In this document: piece by piece, positions 1 through 12,500 of the stretch
How the letters are laid out: the number at the start of each line of letters is the position of its first letter
Position numbering within the stretch: the first letter of the stretch is position 1
Origin: Rhodospirillales bacterium
Lineage (GTDB): Bacteria > Pseudomonadota > Alphaproteobacteria > Bin95
DNA length: 64,000 nucleotides
Direction: 5' to 3'
Assembly (NCBI GenBank): GCA_038143065.1
Contig: JAYQLI010000035.1
Location: 416,001 to 480,000, forward strand
The notes under the pieces: generated by a model
What the model was told of the DNA's origin: nothing
Seen by the model: the letters and a program-made list of their open reading frames with translations, nothing else
The model's database searches: none
Position numbers and translations under genes: made by a program

Positions 1-3
1 TGC

Positions 4-804
4 TTATTCCTGCAAATGTGAGGCGCCTAGGTAGGCGCGTATGACGGCAGGATCAGCTTAGACCTGCTCCGGCGTTCCATCAGAAATTTTCTCACCCTGA
101 TCAAGGACAACAATGTGGTCTGATATATCCATGACCACGCCCATGTCGTGCTCGATTAGAACAATTGTGGTTCCAAATTCTGCATTCACATCCAGAACAT
201 AGCGAACCATGTCCTCTTTTTCTTCTTGGTTCATTCCTGCCATCGGCTCATCAAGAAGAAGAAGGGTAGGGTCTAATGCTAGGGCTCGGCCCAATTCTAC
301 CCGTTTTTGCAGTCCATACGCCAACTCACCGGTGTTTGCTCGACGGAGATCCGAAATTCTAAGGAAATCAATGATTTCCTCAGCACGCTTCCGGTGGTGA
401 ATTTCTTCTTTTTGGGCGGCTCCCCAATACATAAAGCAAGAGAGCACACTCGATTTCATCCGGACGTGGCGGCCCAACATAAGATTGTCTAACACCGTTA
501 GGCCGCGAAAAAGAGCAATGTTTTGGAAGGTCCGTGCGATTCCGAGCTCAGCTATACCGTTTGGCTTCCGACCTATAAGCTCAGTCCCATCAAATTTAAT
601 TGAGCCTTGGTCTGCTTTATAGAAACCACTGATCATATTCACTAACGATGTTTTACCTGCGCCGTTAGGTCCAATAATTGAGAAAATCGAGCCACGCTCG
701 ACTTGAAGGCTCACTTCACGAACGGCCTGCACGCCGCCAAAGCTCTTTGCTACTTTATCGACAGTCAATATCGGGTCGCTGACGCCCCCGCTCGAGTCGA
801 GCAT
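4..804 (-). CDS. Branched-chain amino acid-type ABC transporter ATP-binding protein (LivG-like); C-terminal frameshift near 58
   Basis: Walker A GPNGAGKTS, ARTFQN, LLLLDEP and IEHDM motifs. The typical tail ADPAVIRAYLG continues in another frame to TAA at 4-6. GGAGG lies upstream of the ATG at 804. Confidence 0.9.
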
Positions 805-900
805 GGACTGTTCCTCCACCTGTCAAATTTATAAATACAGACTTGAGCCTGTTTTTTTTGTTGGGTGAAAGCGTAGTACTAGAAATTTAAAAAGCGCAAC

Positions 901-2337
901 CTAAATCAAGAAATATTTTTTCCCCAGTAGCATACGAACTATCCACCGAATTTTGGGGCTATAGATTTTGGGCTTGAAAAACTCATGTGCTGCGCTTTTA
1001 GAAATTTCTGACCGTGTTGGATACGCCGCAATGACCTGTGTAAATATTTTAATATTTTGTTTTTTTTCAATAGCCTGAACCCACGGCAAGATCAGTTCGC
1101 CGGCACTTTGGCCTACAATAGATGCGCCATAAATTCTGCCCTTTGAATTTGTTATTACCTTCAAAAATCCTTCAGTTCTGCCCTCAGCCACTGCTCGATC
1201 GTTATCGGAAAAGCCTACTTTAAGAATTCTAGAATTTTCCTTAAGAAATTCTTTAGCTTGTGTTTCGGACATGCCCACATGCGCTAATTCTGGGTCGGTA
1301 TAAGTGATTCGGGGCACAGATTCATAGTTTGTTTTAGAAGGAAGCAGAAATAGCGCATTTTTTGATGACTACCCCAGCATGATAACCTGCAACATGGGTG
1401 TATTGTGGTCCTCCTGAAGCATCTCCAACGACAAACACACGATTGTTTGTCTTACTACGCAATCGCCTATCTACCAGAATTGCGCCATTAGCAGTGGCAA
1501 CATGCGCTTGTTCTAGCTCAAGGTTTTCGAAGTTTGGACGTCGACCCGCTGCAACCAGGAGATGGCTTCCATGTAGTACTCGACCATCTTGCAGTTCTAC
1601 TGAAAAGGTTTTGTTGTTTCTGCTAATGAGAGAAATTTTTGCATCTGATAAGACTTCAACGCCTTCTGCCTTAAGGGCGTCTATTACTACCTTCGATACT
1701 TCGAGGTCCTCTTTTTAAGCGGCCTAGATGAGTCTAGAACAGTTACTTTAGAGCCTAGTCGGCGGAAAGCTTGAGATAGTTCCATACCAATTGGGCCGGC
1801 TCCAATAATCAGGAGATGCTCTGGCAATTCTTGGTTTTCAAAAATTGTTTCGTTGGTGAGGTAAGGAACTTCCGAAAGTCCCTTAATATGTGGAACTACA
1901 GGTCTAGACCCTGTTGCTATTACAAAGCGCTTGGCCTGTACTCTAATTCCAGCAGCATCGACAGTCTTGCGGTCCAGAAATTTTGCATGTCCTCGTACAA
2001 CTCTTACACCTAAACTCTCAAAACGCTCCTGACTATCATGCGGTGCTATCTGCGATATTACCTCGTTTACGTGCGCCATCACCGTGTCAAAACTAATTGC
2101 GGGCTCTACATTAGAAATACCAAACTTAGCCCCTGTTCGGAGAGTTTGTGCTTGTTTCGCTGCAGCTAGCAGTGCTTTTGAGGGGACGCAGCCAGTGTTT
2201 AGGCAATCGCCTCCCATTTTGCCCTGTTCTATTAGGGTTACAGATGCTCCCATCTGAGCAGCACCCGCGGCAATAGATAGCCCGGCAGAGCCACCGCCAA
2301 TTATGCAGAGGTCTGAATACCAGGTCCCATTTACCAT
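901..2337 (-). CDS. FAD-dependent pyridine nucleotide-disulfide oxidoreductase (MerA/Lpd-like family); frameshifted
   Basis: GGGSAG FAD motif, redox-active GGDCLNTGCVPSK and GAGPIG NAD motif. The dimerisation domain is in ORF 901..1317. Confidence 0.85.
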
Positions 2338-2426
2338 TGGCTATCTTTCCAAAGCATGCTGAACACGCTTAGGGTTCCCCAATAAAAAATATTAAATGTC
2401 CAATCTTAGAGCTACGACCTAATATT

Positions 2427-3982
2427 CTAGATCTCTAGCTCTATCAAATATGGGCCATTGCTCGCCAGACCGTGCCGCAGCGCGCGAACAAGACTGTCGC
2501 AATCATTCGCGCGCGTTGCTTCAACCCCCAGGCTTTTGGACATATTCATCCAATCAATTGTAGGTCTATCTAAGCTTAACATATCTACTGCACGCGGACC
2601 TGGGTTCTGAACACCAACATTGGTAAGTTCACCTTGAAGAATTTTATACGCGCGGTTTGCAAATACGATGACTGTCACATCAAGATTTTCGCGGGCCATG
2701 GTCCACAAAGCCTGCACCGTGTACATCCCGCTACCGTCGCCCTCCAATGTGACGACTTTGCGGTCAGGCTGAGCTACCGCGGCGCCAATGGATACTGGTA
2801 ATGCATATCCAATGGATCCTCCCATCCCATTTAACCAGCAATGCGCAGGCGCATGAGAAGTTAAAGGGAAGAAGCCTCGACCAGAAGTTACAGACTCATC
2901 AACAACAATTGCATTTTCTGGAAGCGTTGCTCCAAGTACTGCCGCAATCTTATCAAGAGTTATCTCGCCAGTTGGCGCTTCTGGGCGATCAAGAGGGGCA
3001 ACATGGGCTGGGTCGAGGTTAATACAACCAAGCTCGATGGCTAGTGCCTCGAGAGCTCCTTCGAGGTCATCTTCTGCGCTAGCCAGATGGGTAATTTGGC
3101 AACCTTCTGCCGTGAGTACTGAGGGCTTATTGGGATAGGCAAAAAAAGCAACGGGCTGCTTGGCTCCACATAAGACCATATGCTGAGTGTCTTTGAGAAC
3201 ATTTCTTGCTAAGTCGACAACGTATGGAACGCGTTCTACCTTTACCCTGCCAGCCCCTCGTTGAAGGCGCGCGTTTTGACCCTCTGATAGTAGACGGCAC
3301 CCAGTCTTCGCAGCTATTCGACCAGCATATTCAAGAGCTTTCTCGCGAAGAGCGACACCGCCTAGCATGAGCATGCCTGCTTCGCCTGAGCTTAATAATG
3401 CCTTTGCGGCGGCAGTAACTTTCTCTCCAGATACTTTTGATCGTGGTGCTGGTGGCTTAGCAGTTACTGGGCTTCCCCTGCATTCCATGCTGTATCAGCA
3501 GGTAAGATTAAGGTAGCTATTTGACCAGGGGCAGTGCGAGCGGCTTCAACTGCTAATGCACCATCTGCTGCAATCCCCTCAGCTCTAGGGGATGATTTAA
3601 CCCAGTTGGACATGGGAGCAGCTACCGCTTCAATATCAGAAGTCAGGGGTGCATCATGTTCAAGGTGATATGTTGCATGATCTCCTACAACATTAACAAT
3701 GCCAGACTTAGCCTTTTTGGCGTTGTGTAAGTTTGCAAGGCCATTTGCTAATCCTGGGCCCAAATGAAGCAAAGTTGAGGCAGGACGGTCGGATAGTCTG
3801 TAATATCCATCTGCAGCGCCGGTCACTACACCTTCAAAAAGTCCTAGGACACAGCGCATACCCGGGACGCTGTCTAAGGCTGCAACAAAATGCATCTCGG
3901 AAGTGCCAGGATTTGTAAAACAGACGTCTACATCACTTGCAACTAGAGTGCGCACGAGGCTTTCAGCACCGTTCATGCTCAT
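2427..3982 (-). CDS. ThDP-dependent acetolactate synthase large subunit-like enzyme; frameshift near 3480
   Basis: N-terminal [10 protein letters not shown]...NPGTSEMH...HLGPGLANG and the C-terminal ThDP motif GDGS...N. Confidence 0.85.
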
Positions 3983-4088
3983 ACTTTAATTCCCATATTA
4001 GCTATTTTCCGAAAATAGACGTTTAAAGATTGAGGCTCTGAAATTAACACATATACTCTAAGCAACAATTAAATAAGAGGACAGTGGC

Positions 4089-5276
4089 ATGGATGGTGTC
4101 CTAAACATGGCTAGCTTTGAAGCATCTCCAGGAGCCCGTGCTGCACAAATTGCTCCCTTGATAGATCAACTTGCTAACGAGATTGAGGCTAAGCGCAGGC
4201 TTCCGCCAGAGCTTCTCAAAGCGCTGCACGAAAATGGTCTTTATAAAATGCTTCTTCCGAAACCTTTTGGTGGCGAAGAGGCATCGCCATTGGAGTTTAT
4301 GGACGCAATCGAGACACTTGCTCGCCACGACGCTAGCGTGGCTTGGTGCATTGGTCAGGCGAATGGTTGCGCTATGACGGCTGCTTATTTGGAGCCACGG
4401 ATTTCAGAAGAAATTTGGAAGCACGATTCAGCTGGTGTGTTGGCCTGGGGGCCAGGTAAGGCGGAAGCGCAAGTTGTTGAGGGCGGTTACAGGCTTTCAG
4501 CGTCATTGATGTTTGCAAGCGGTGGAAGGCATGCCTCTTGGTTAGGTTGCCACACTATCGTGAAAGATGAAGATGGAACGGTTATTAACGGTCCCGATGG
4601 AACTCCCGAAGTTCGCACCTTCTTAATGCCAGCGGCAAACATAGAAATGTTTGATGTTTGGGATGTAATGGGTTTACGAGGAACAGCTAGCGATGGCTAC
4701 AGCGTTAAAGATGTATTTGTGCCAAATGCGTATGTAACAGCGCGCGACAAGGCACACGCTCGTGTTTATCAGTCACCGCTATATATCTATCCGTCTATGA
4801 CGATTTTTGCTCAGGGCTTTGCCTCCGTAGCACTGGGGATAGCGCAAGGTGTGCTTGGTGATTTTCTGGCCTTTGCAGGAGCCAAAACGCCCCGCTTAGC
4901 TAAATCGACCATTTCTGAAAGTGCAGTAGCGCAAACGGAAACAGCTCTTGCCTCTGCGCGTATTATGGCTGCGCGAGCATTTCTTCGTCAGGAAGCTGAA
5001 GCAATCTGGGGCGAAGTCTGTTCTACAAATGAATTAACCATTGCTGCGCGCGCTCGAATTCGCTTGGCATCAACATATGCAATTCACGAGGCGAAAGCTG
5101 CAGTTGATAGCCTTTTCGATTTAGCTGGCGCTGATGCAATTTTTAAATCCAAACCATTTGAACGCCGTTTCCGTGATATTCATACTGTCACGCAGCAACT
5201 ACAAGGACGTAAGACGCATTTGCAGTCAGTAGGAGCTTGGATGATGGGGAAGGATGCGGATCTGTCAGTAATGTGA
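4089..5276 (+). CDS. Acyl-CoA dehydrogenase-fold flavin-dependent monooxygenase (HsaA/NcnH-like oxygenase component)
   Basis: RRLP..L, FASG, WDVMGLRGTASD and FERRFRDIH motifs. Confidence 0.8.
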   Translation: MDGVLNMASFEASPGARAAQIAPLIDQLANEIEAKRRLPPELLKALHENGLYKMLLPKPFGGEEASPLEFMDAIETLARHDASVAWCIGQANGCAMTAAYLEPRISEEIWKHDSAGVLAWGPGKAEAQVVEGGYRLSASLMFASGGRHASWLGCHTIVKDEDGTVINGPDGTPEVRTFLMPAANIEMFDVWDVMGLRGTASDGYSVKDVFVPNAYVTARDKAHARVYQSPLYIYPSMTIFAQGFASVALGIAQGVLGDFLAFAGAKTPRLAKSTISESAVAQTETALASARIMAARAFLRQEAEAIWGEVCSTNELTIAARARIRLASTYAIHEAKAAVDSLFDLAGADAIFKSKPFERRFRDIHTVTQQLQGRKTHLQSVGAWMMGKDADLSVM

Positions 5277-5304
5277 TTTAGCAAATGAATTAAGGGCGTT
5301 CGAT

Positions 5305-5794
5305 CTAAGGCATCCTGTGACGTTCGTTGTAGTCTTGTAGATAATCTAGATATCCCTGCAAGATAAATGCGGCAGCAGATGAGTCTATTACTTCCCCGCG
5401 CCGTTTTCTGCTCAAATCTGCTTCCAGTAATACGCGTCTCGCTGCATTTGTAGACATTCGCTCATCCCAAAACGCTAAGGGAAAGTCTCGGATTTTAGTC
5501 AGATTTCGCGCAAATGCTTTAGATGCTTGTGCCCTTGGGCCAGGCTTTCCGGACAGATCAAGTGGTAGTCCTATGATAAGGGCACCGACTTCAGCTTGAT
5601 CAAAAAAGTTCAAAGATCTGCGTGGCAAAGTCCTCAAATCCTTTGCCTCGTCTTAAAGTTTTTCTTGCGGTTGCAATGGTAAGGTTAGGATCCGAGATTG
5701 CTATACCAACAGTAGCGCTCCCAACATCCAAGCCGGCAATGCGTGATAATTGAGGAGTTGTCTCATATAGTTCATTAGGCTTGCAGATAGGCAT
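5305..5794 (-). CDS. ruvX: Holliday junction resolvase-like protein RuvX/YqgF; frameshift near 5615
   Basis: GLDVG..TVGIAISD, IIGLP, WDERMST and IDSSAAAFILQG motifs; divergent from gatC as in other Alphaproteobacteria. Confidence 0.9.
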
Positions 5795-5865
5795 ATGCGA
5801 TGCTAATCGCCCTGCGCCGAATGTGGCAAGAAAAGTATTAATTTTTAGGATGTGAGGGAGCTGAT

Positions 5866-6153
5866 TTGTCCCTAGATCGAGAAACAATAGTTCGCATAGC
5901 GAAATTGGCTCGTATTGATGTGGAAGACTCCGAGATAGACGGTCTTGCCAGTGAGCTAAATAATATCCTGGACTGGGTAGAGACTTTGAACTCCATATCA
6001 ACAGAAGGCGTAGAGCCAATGGTTGGCGTTGGTGTCAGTAAAGCACCTCTTCGGATGGACAATAACAATGATGGGGACATCGCAGAAGCTGTCCTCGCAA
6101 ATGCTCCAGATCCTACTCCTCCATATTTTACAGTGCCCAAAGTGATTGAATAG
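5866..6153 (+). CDS. gatC: Asp/Glu-tRNA amidotransferase subunit C
   Basis: IAKLARI...VLANAP...YFTVPKVIE; upstream of gatA. Confidence 0.95.
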   Translation: MSLDRETIVRIAKLARIDVEDSEIDGLASELNNILDWVETLNSISTEGVEPMVGVGVSKAPLRMDNNNDGDIAEAVLANAPDPTPPYFTVPKVIE

Positions 6154-6155
6154 AA

Positions 6156-7644
6156 ATGTCAAAGTCAGAATTATTGCAGCTTGATATTGCGACTGCTGGT
6201 AAGGGACTTCGAGATGGAGACTTTACTGCTATCGAATTGACCGAGTCATATTTGGATGCCGTTGAGGCCAGTCGCGAACTCAATATCTTTATTACTGAAA
6301 CGCCTGACCGTGCCATGGCGGATGCAGTAGCTGCTGATAAGAGCATAAAGGCAGGTACATCCAGCAAAATGACTGGAATGCCGATTGGAATGAAGGACCT
6401 ATTTTGTACGGAAGATATCAAAACAACAGCCGCTTCAAATATTCTTGGGGAGTTCGTCCCACCATATGAGTCAACGATTTCAGCTCGATTAAAAGCTGCC
6501 GGTACAATCCTTTTGGGAAAGACCAATTTGGACGAGTTTGCGATGGGCTCATCCAATACAACTAGTGCCTTCGGCGCAGCATTTAATCCTTGGGAATTAA
6601 CGGAAGATAAAAAGCCTTTAACGCCAGGTGGTTCCTCTGGAGGCTCTGCTGCTGCTGTAGCTGCTGGAGCTGCCATCGCGGCTACTGGAACGGACACGGG
6701 TGGGTCAATTCGGCAGCCTGCGGCTTTCTGCGGAATTGTTGGAATGAAACCAACTTATGGTCGCTGCTCTCGGTGGGGGTTGTAGCTTTTGCATCCTCTC
6801 TTGATCAGGCTGGACCTTTCGCTCGAACCGTTCGCGATGCAGCTATTATGTTAGAGACAATGGCGGGGCATGATCCAAAGGACTCAACTTCAGCTGCGCA
6901 AGCAACGCCGAATTTTGAAGCGCTAATAGATGGGGGCGTTAAGGAATGCGCGTTGGTATTCCCAAGGAATACCGTGTTGAAGATATGCCAGAAGAAATAG
7001 ACAGTATCTGGCGGCGTGGTATCGATATGGTTACCGCTGCTGGCGCGGAGGTGGTTGAGGTCTCATTGCCGATGACGATGTCGGCTCTGCCGACATATTA
7101 CATTGTAGCTCCTGCTGAAGCATCTGCTAACTTAGCTAGGTACGATGGTGTTCGATACGGTGCACGCGTTGAAGGCGACGATCTAAATGGGATGTACAGC
7201 GCAACGCGAGGACAGGGTTTTGGTAAGGAAGTTCGACGTAGGATAATGATCGGTACCTACGTACTTTCTGCTGGGTATTACGATGCCTATTATAAAAAAG
7301 CGCAGCGCGTTCGTACTCTAATATCTCAGGACTTTGACAATGTATTTCATTCGGTTGATGCATTGCTAACACCAACCACACCTGGTGCAGCTTTTCCTAT
7401 CGGTGAAAAAGAGGACGATCCAATTTCAATGTACTTGAATGACGTCTTTACTGTACCAGCAAGTCTGGCCGGGTTGCCTGCTATATCAGTGCCAGTTGGG
7501 TCTAATGAAAACGGCTTGCCGTTGGGGCTTCAGATTATAGGGAGACCTTTCGATGAAGGAACCGTCTTTAGGCTCGGTCAGGCTTTAGAGGATGCAGCTC
7601 AATTTGATAAACGGCCACGTTTAACGGTGGAAGGCTTCAAATGA
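6156..7644 (+). CDS. gatA: Asp/Glu-tRNA amidotransferase subunit A; two apparent frameshifts (near 6780 and 6945)
   Basis: Amidase signature [33 protein letters not shown]; [11 protein letters not shown]; [19 protein letters not shown]. Confidence 0.95.
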
Positions 7645-9095
7645 GCACTTTAATAGAAGGTAGGGAAGGTCAGTGGGAACTGGTTATCGGTTTGGAGACC
7701 CATGCCCAGGTAACTTCTGAGGCTAAGCTTTTCTCTGGAGCTTCGGCTTCATTTGGAGCTAAGCCAAACAGTCATGTCAGCTTTTTAGATGCTGGGATGC
7801 CGGGCATGTTACCAGTTATAAATCAACGCTGTGTAGAAGCCGCAGTTATGACTGGTATTGCGCTCAATGCGCAAATTAATTTGGTCTCGATTTTTGACCG
7901 AAAGAATTATTTTTACCCAGATCTACCCCTTGGGTATCAGATTTCACAATTTTCCGATCCTATTGTGGGTAAAGGTTGGTTAGATATTGAGTTAGACGAA
8001 GGTTCTACTAAGCGGGTTGGAATTACTCGCCTCCATTTAGAGCAGGACGCAGGAAAGAGTCTGCACGATCAAGACCCATTTCGAACGTTTATTGATTTAA
8101 ACCGTGCTGGCGTAGGACTTATGGAAATTGTAACGGAGCCAGATATTCATTCTGCTGATGAGGCTGCTGCCTACGTAACAAAACTGCGCGAAATTCTTCG
8201 GTATTTAGGCGTTTGTGATGGCAATATGGAAGAGGGTTCACTGCGTTGTGATATAAATATTTCTGTCCGAAAACCTGGCGGCGCTTTGGGTACTCGAACC
8301 GAAATAAAAAACGTTAACTCAATTAGATTCATGCGTGAGGCCATTGCTTTTGAGGCCCGGAGACAGGTTGAGATCATCGAGGATGGGGGAAATATAGATC
8401 AAGAGACAAGGCTGTTTGATCCAGATCGCGGTGAGACTAGAGCTATGCGCTCAAAGGAAGATAGCCACGATTATAGATATTTTCCAGACCCTGATCTCCC
8501 TCCTCTTGTTCTCGATACAAATTACATCGCTGAAATGAAAAGCCAGATGCCCGAATTGCCAGACGCGAAACGTTCGCGTTTCGTAAATGAATTGGGGCTA
8601 ACTGAATATGATGCAAATGTAATAGCTGCGGATAAGAGTAGTGCTGCTTACTTTGAGAAGGCGGCAGAGAAGGCCGAGCCAAAGTTGATTGCCAATTGGA
8701 TCATGGGGGAAGTATTTGGGCGCTTAAATAAAGACGGCTTATCTATTGATGAGGCAAATGTTGCGCCTGAAGAGCTCGCAGCCTTAGTTATGATGATCCA
8801 GGATGGAAAAATTTCTGGGCGCCAGGCGAAAGAAGCGTTTGAAAAAATGTGGTCAGAGAGCATGGGTGCCCTCGAAGTAATTCAAGAACTTGGGTTGGAA
8901 CAAATATCTGACGATGGAGCGATAAGAGAATTGGTTGACGCTGTTATCTCTGCTAACCCAGATAAAGTGACGGAATTTAAAGCTGGTAAGACTCAGCTTT
9001 TAGGGTTCTTTGTTGGACAAGTCATGAAAGCCAGTAAAGGAAAGGCTAACCCAAAAGCGGTGAATGCAATTCTTCAGGAGAGTTTGGGGCAGTAA
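7641..9095 (+). CDS. gatB: Asp/Glu-tRNA amidotransferase subunit B
   Basis: [26 protein letters not shown] and [10 protein letters not shown] motifs. Confidence 0.97.
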   Translation: MSTLIEGREGQWELVIGLETHAQVTSEAKLFSGASASFGAKPNSHVSFLDAGMPGMLPVINQRCVEAAVMTGIALNAQINLVSIFDRKNYFYPDLPLGYQISQFSDPIVGKGWLDIELDEGSTKRVGITRLHLEQDAGKSLHDQDPFRTFIDLNRAGVGLMEIVTEPDIHSADEAAAYVTKLREILRYLGVCDGNMEEGSLRCDINISVRKPGGALGTRTEIKNVNSIRFMREAIAFEARRQVEIIEDGGNIDQETRLFDPDRGETRAMRSKEDSHDYRYFPDPDLPPLVLDTNYIAEMKSQMPELPDAKRSRFVNELGLTEYDANVIAADKSSAAYFEKAAEKAEPKLIANWIMGEVFGRLNKDGLSIDEANVAPEELAALVMMIQDGKISGRQAKEAFEKMWSESMGALEVIQELGLEQISDDGAIRELVDAVISANPDKVTEFKAGKTQLLGFFVGQVMKASKGKANPKAVNAILQESLGQ

Positions 9096-9187
9096 AAATT
9101 TATCTGCGCTGTAGGTTGCTGAGGCGGGTATTCTTTATTTTTGGCTTATTGAAATATTAAATTTCCATCGATGCGAAAGTTCTTGGA

Positions 9188-9216
9188 TTGACAGTATCTC
9201 TATAGGCTCATATCAA
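9188..9216 (+). promoter_or_regulatory. Putative sigma70 promoter of the tRNA-Ser gene
   Basis: Perfect TTGACA at 9188-9193 and a weak -10-like TATCAA 17 bp downstream, shortly before the tRNA. Confidence 0.5.
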
Positions 9217-9234
9217 GCCGTTACAATTTATTAT

Positions 9235-9326
9235 GGACAGGTGGGTGAGTGGCTGAAACCAGTGGATTGCTAATCCGCCGTACCTTTAATTGGGTACCGA
9301 GGGTTCGAATCCCTCCCTGTCCGCCA
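9235..9326 (+). tRNA. tRNA-Ser (anticodon GCT)
   Basis: Acceptor stem GGACAGG/CCTGTCC, anticodon loop TTGCTAA, long variable arm, T-loop GGTTCGAATCC and encoded GCCA end. Confidence 0.97.
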
Positions 9327-9530
9327 CTCTTTCATTAGTTTTTCACTAATTCTCACGCTGCACTTTTAAAAATGCCGCGTACATCAATGCTTATTGCTGT
9401 TTTAATACAAGCTCTCAAGATAGAGTATACCTGTTTTTTAGCGATTTTGTATCCTAGGCTTTATCAACTTGTGGCGCCAGCGTTGTAAATCAAAGACAAT
9501 TATTCTACCCCGATCTATTAGGTTGCAGGA

Positions 9531-12500
9531 GTGACGCTGTTGTCTCTAACGACCCTTCAGGAAAAGTTCTTGTCTCGTGCGCTCGACGTGGAAGAAGATG
9601 CACTATCTGAACAAATTTTCGAGATAAGAGACTATCTTGAAAACGAGATTGTTGTTGTTGAGGGGACTTCCAACGACGAGGCATATGTGGTCGTTGAGGG
9701 CTCTGTGCGGGTTACCACATTTAATCACCAACAAAATCTATAGTCTTAGAATTAAAGGGAATTTCATCACTTGTTGGTGAAGAAGCTTGTTATTCATTTA
9801 ACAGCGCTCACAGAAACACGATTAAGGCAGCAGAAAAATTAAAAGTCGTCGTGATCCCAGGTTCCTTCATTAGAAAGTTATTTCGACAGAGAAGGAATTC
9901 TTCAAGTTTTATGTCTCAAGATGATCGTTCGGAGGCGCTTAGTAAGCTAAGTAACCAATCCTCAATTGGAAAGGATATTGCTGAACTTTTACAAAACGAA
10001 AGTGAGATCGAAACAAAATCCCTCAAACCAGGAGAAATTTTGTTCTCCGAAGGTGATAAGGCAGAGTTTTCTTGTTTGATTTTGGCTGGAAAAATAGAAG
10101 CACTAAAATGGGAAAAAAGTTCTCAAAAAATTGTTGGTAGTTCTGGTGTTGGGACCTTTGTAGGCGAGCTGGGTGTCCTGGAAAACGCACCCAGAGCGGC
10201 AACTGTACGCGCTATTGAGAACACCGACCTTTTGATAATACCTGCTGCAGTTGTTCGGAAAATTTGCACTGTATCAAAAGCACAAGCTCTGACTTCAGCT
10301 TTGAAGGCGGGTTATAATTTTTCAGGGCGAGGGACCACATTCAGTGTGGTCATTCCCGGAGAAACGGAAGACAGAGTTTCAACAACAATAAAGCTACCTG
10401 GCAATCGTCAGATAGCAATATCACGAACCCTTATGTCTGAGATGGTTGTCGCCCATGATGGGCAAGTTTCTGACAAAAAATTAATTTCTCATGATGGCAG
10501 ATATCGCATTGAGGTTCTTGATGGATTGCCAGTCCGTATTGAAGGGGCTCAAGACTGGCCTGATCTCCCAAAGCTTATGGATCGGATGCTTTCTGGAGAT
10601 GTTCTAGAGCCATGGCGATTGGTTGCATTTGAGGCACATGGAACGTTGATGTTTTCTGAAGAGGACGAAACATCAACCGATGCAGTAGTGTGTGCATGCA
10701 CGGGTGTCACCAAATCTGGAATTCGAAACCACGCACTTTCGGGCGTCACGACATTACAAGAAATTGGAGAAGCTTGCGGCGCTGGCAGTATTTGTGGCGG
10801 CTGTAGAAACAGGCTCTCGAATCTTTTAGGCCGTGAAAATTTTAATATGTGTCAGGCTAATGTTGAACCATTGAGTGAGGGTTCGGTTAAAGTAGTTCTT
10901 CGTTCAATACGTGACAAAATACATAAACCTCTTCCAGGACAACATGTATCCATTGATGGCCTTATCAAAGGCAATTGGGTTTCTAGGAGTTACACTGTCG
11001 TAGATGGCGACGAAAATCATATCGAGCTTGGCGTAAAGATTGAAGAACAGGGAACGTTTTCGCGCTGGCTATCAAAAACGGGTGATGGCTCACTGGTTAG
11101 GGTCTCTAACCCACAAGGTGAAGAAATTCCAAAGGCGGGGGAAGGGCTTCTATTTGTTGTTGCGGGGATAGGAGTTACGCCTGCTGTAGCTGCTCTAAGA
11201 AATCTAAGAAATCATAGAAACCTTCATATTTGTTACATTTTCCGTGGAGAAAAAACGGCCGCGTTTTTATCAGAACTAAAATTAGCAGAAGAAGAAGGAT
11301 TATCAGTCTCTCCCTTTGGGATTCTTCCATTCAAGGCCGTCCTGACCTCTCTGCTTTCGTTAATGCTGGAGTTGCTGACAGTAAAGCAAAAGAGGCAATA
11401 GTTTGTGGGCCTGTATCTTTTGCCGAGACAACGGCTGAGATATTAAGATCTGCGAACCTTAATGTTCGCACTGAGACTTTCACACACACTGGAATTGCAA
11501 ATGGGCCACCTCTCATTTGCCCTGGCTCTTGGCGCAATGAAACTAATCGAACCCCGCCTAAGGCGTGGAACCAGTACTCCATTGCTAAGCCAGGTTCTAA
11601 AAAAGATGAAGCAGAGGCATTTCTAAGGCAGTTTTTTTGTGAGAATGGGGTGGAAGCTGCCTTTGAAAGCAGGTGGAATGAGGTTCAGGAAGAGATCAAG
11701 GAAACTGGAACTTATTGGCAAAGCATTGAGGAATTAACCTTTTGGTGCAAAGCTTAGTTGGCGTAATGCCTCCCGCTGCATAGGCCGTCTCTATTGGTCA
11801 GGACTAAGAGTTAGGGACTTCCGGCATTTAACTCATCCGGATGATATGGCTCAAGAATTAATAAGACACCTTGAAATAGCTTATAATGATGGCGACCTCA
11901 GCCCTACAATGACCGTTTTCAATCCTGGCGCCCCTGGAGCGCCCGCGGTGAGAATTTGGAACCCTCAGCTAATGCGATATGCCGCATATCGCGATGAAAA
12001 TAACGAAATAATTGGAGACCCCGCTCAATTACATCTTACCAAAGAGATAGAAGCTCTTGGTTGGAACGGTCCAAAAACAAAGTTCGATATGCTGCCTATC
12101 GTAATTCATGTTAATGGACAAAAACCCCGTTATTATGAAATCCCAAATTATGAGCGTTATGAAATTGAGATCCGTCACCCGGAATATCCTGGGATTAATG
12201 AGCTTGGTCTAAAATGGTACGCGATCCCAGCGGTGTCTGATATGGCACTTGATTGTGGAGGAGTGCTTTATCAATGTGCCCCTTTTAATGGTTGGTACAT
12301 GGGGACCGAAATTGGTGCTCGGAATTTCACCGACGTAGAACGCTACAACCTTTCAGTAAAAATTGCTGAAAAAATGGGTCTTGAAACTAAACGTGAAAAT
12401 AATCTCTGGCGGGATAAGGCCTTAACAGCAATGACAGAGGCAGTGTTAGATAGCTTTGAGGCAAAAGGAATAAAAAATAACCGATCATCACTCTGCAGCG

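Noticed and set aside
1398-1718. Short antisense ORFs here and throughout the ORF track
   Set aside because: They overlap well-supported genes on the opposite strand and have no motifs; treated as shadow ORFs.
901-2337. Mercuric reductase MerA / mercury resistance
   Set aside because: No C-terminal Cys-Cys pair, no N-terminal HMA domain and no mer genes nearby.
6156-7644. gatA (and sufB) as pseudogenes or programmed frameshifts
   Set aside because: Essential genes with conserved halves and no recoding signals; best explained as sequencing indels.
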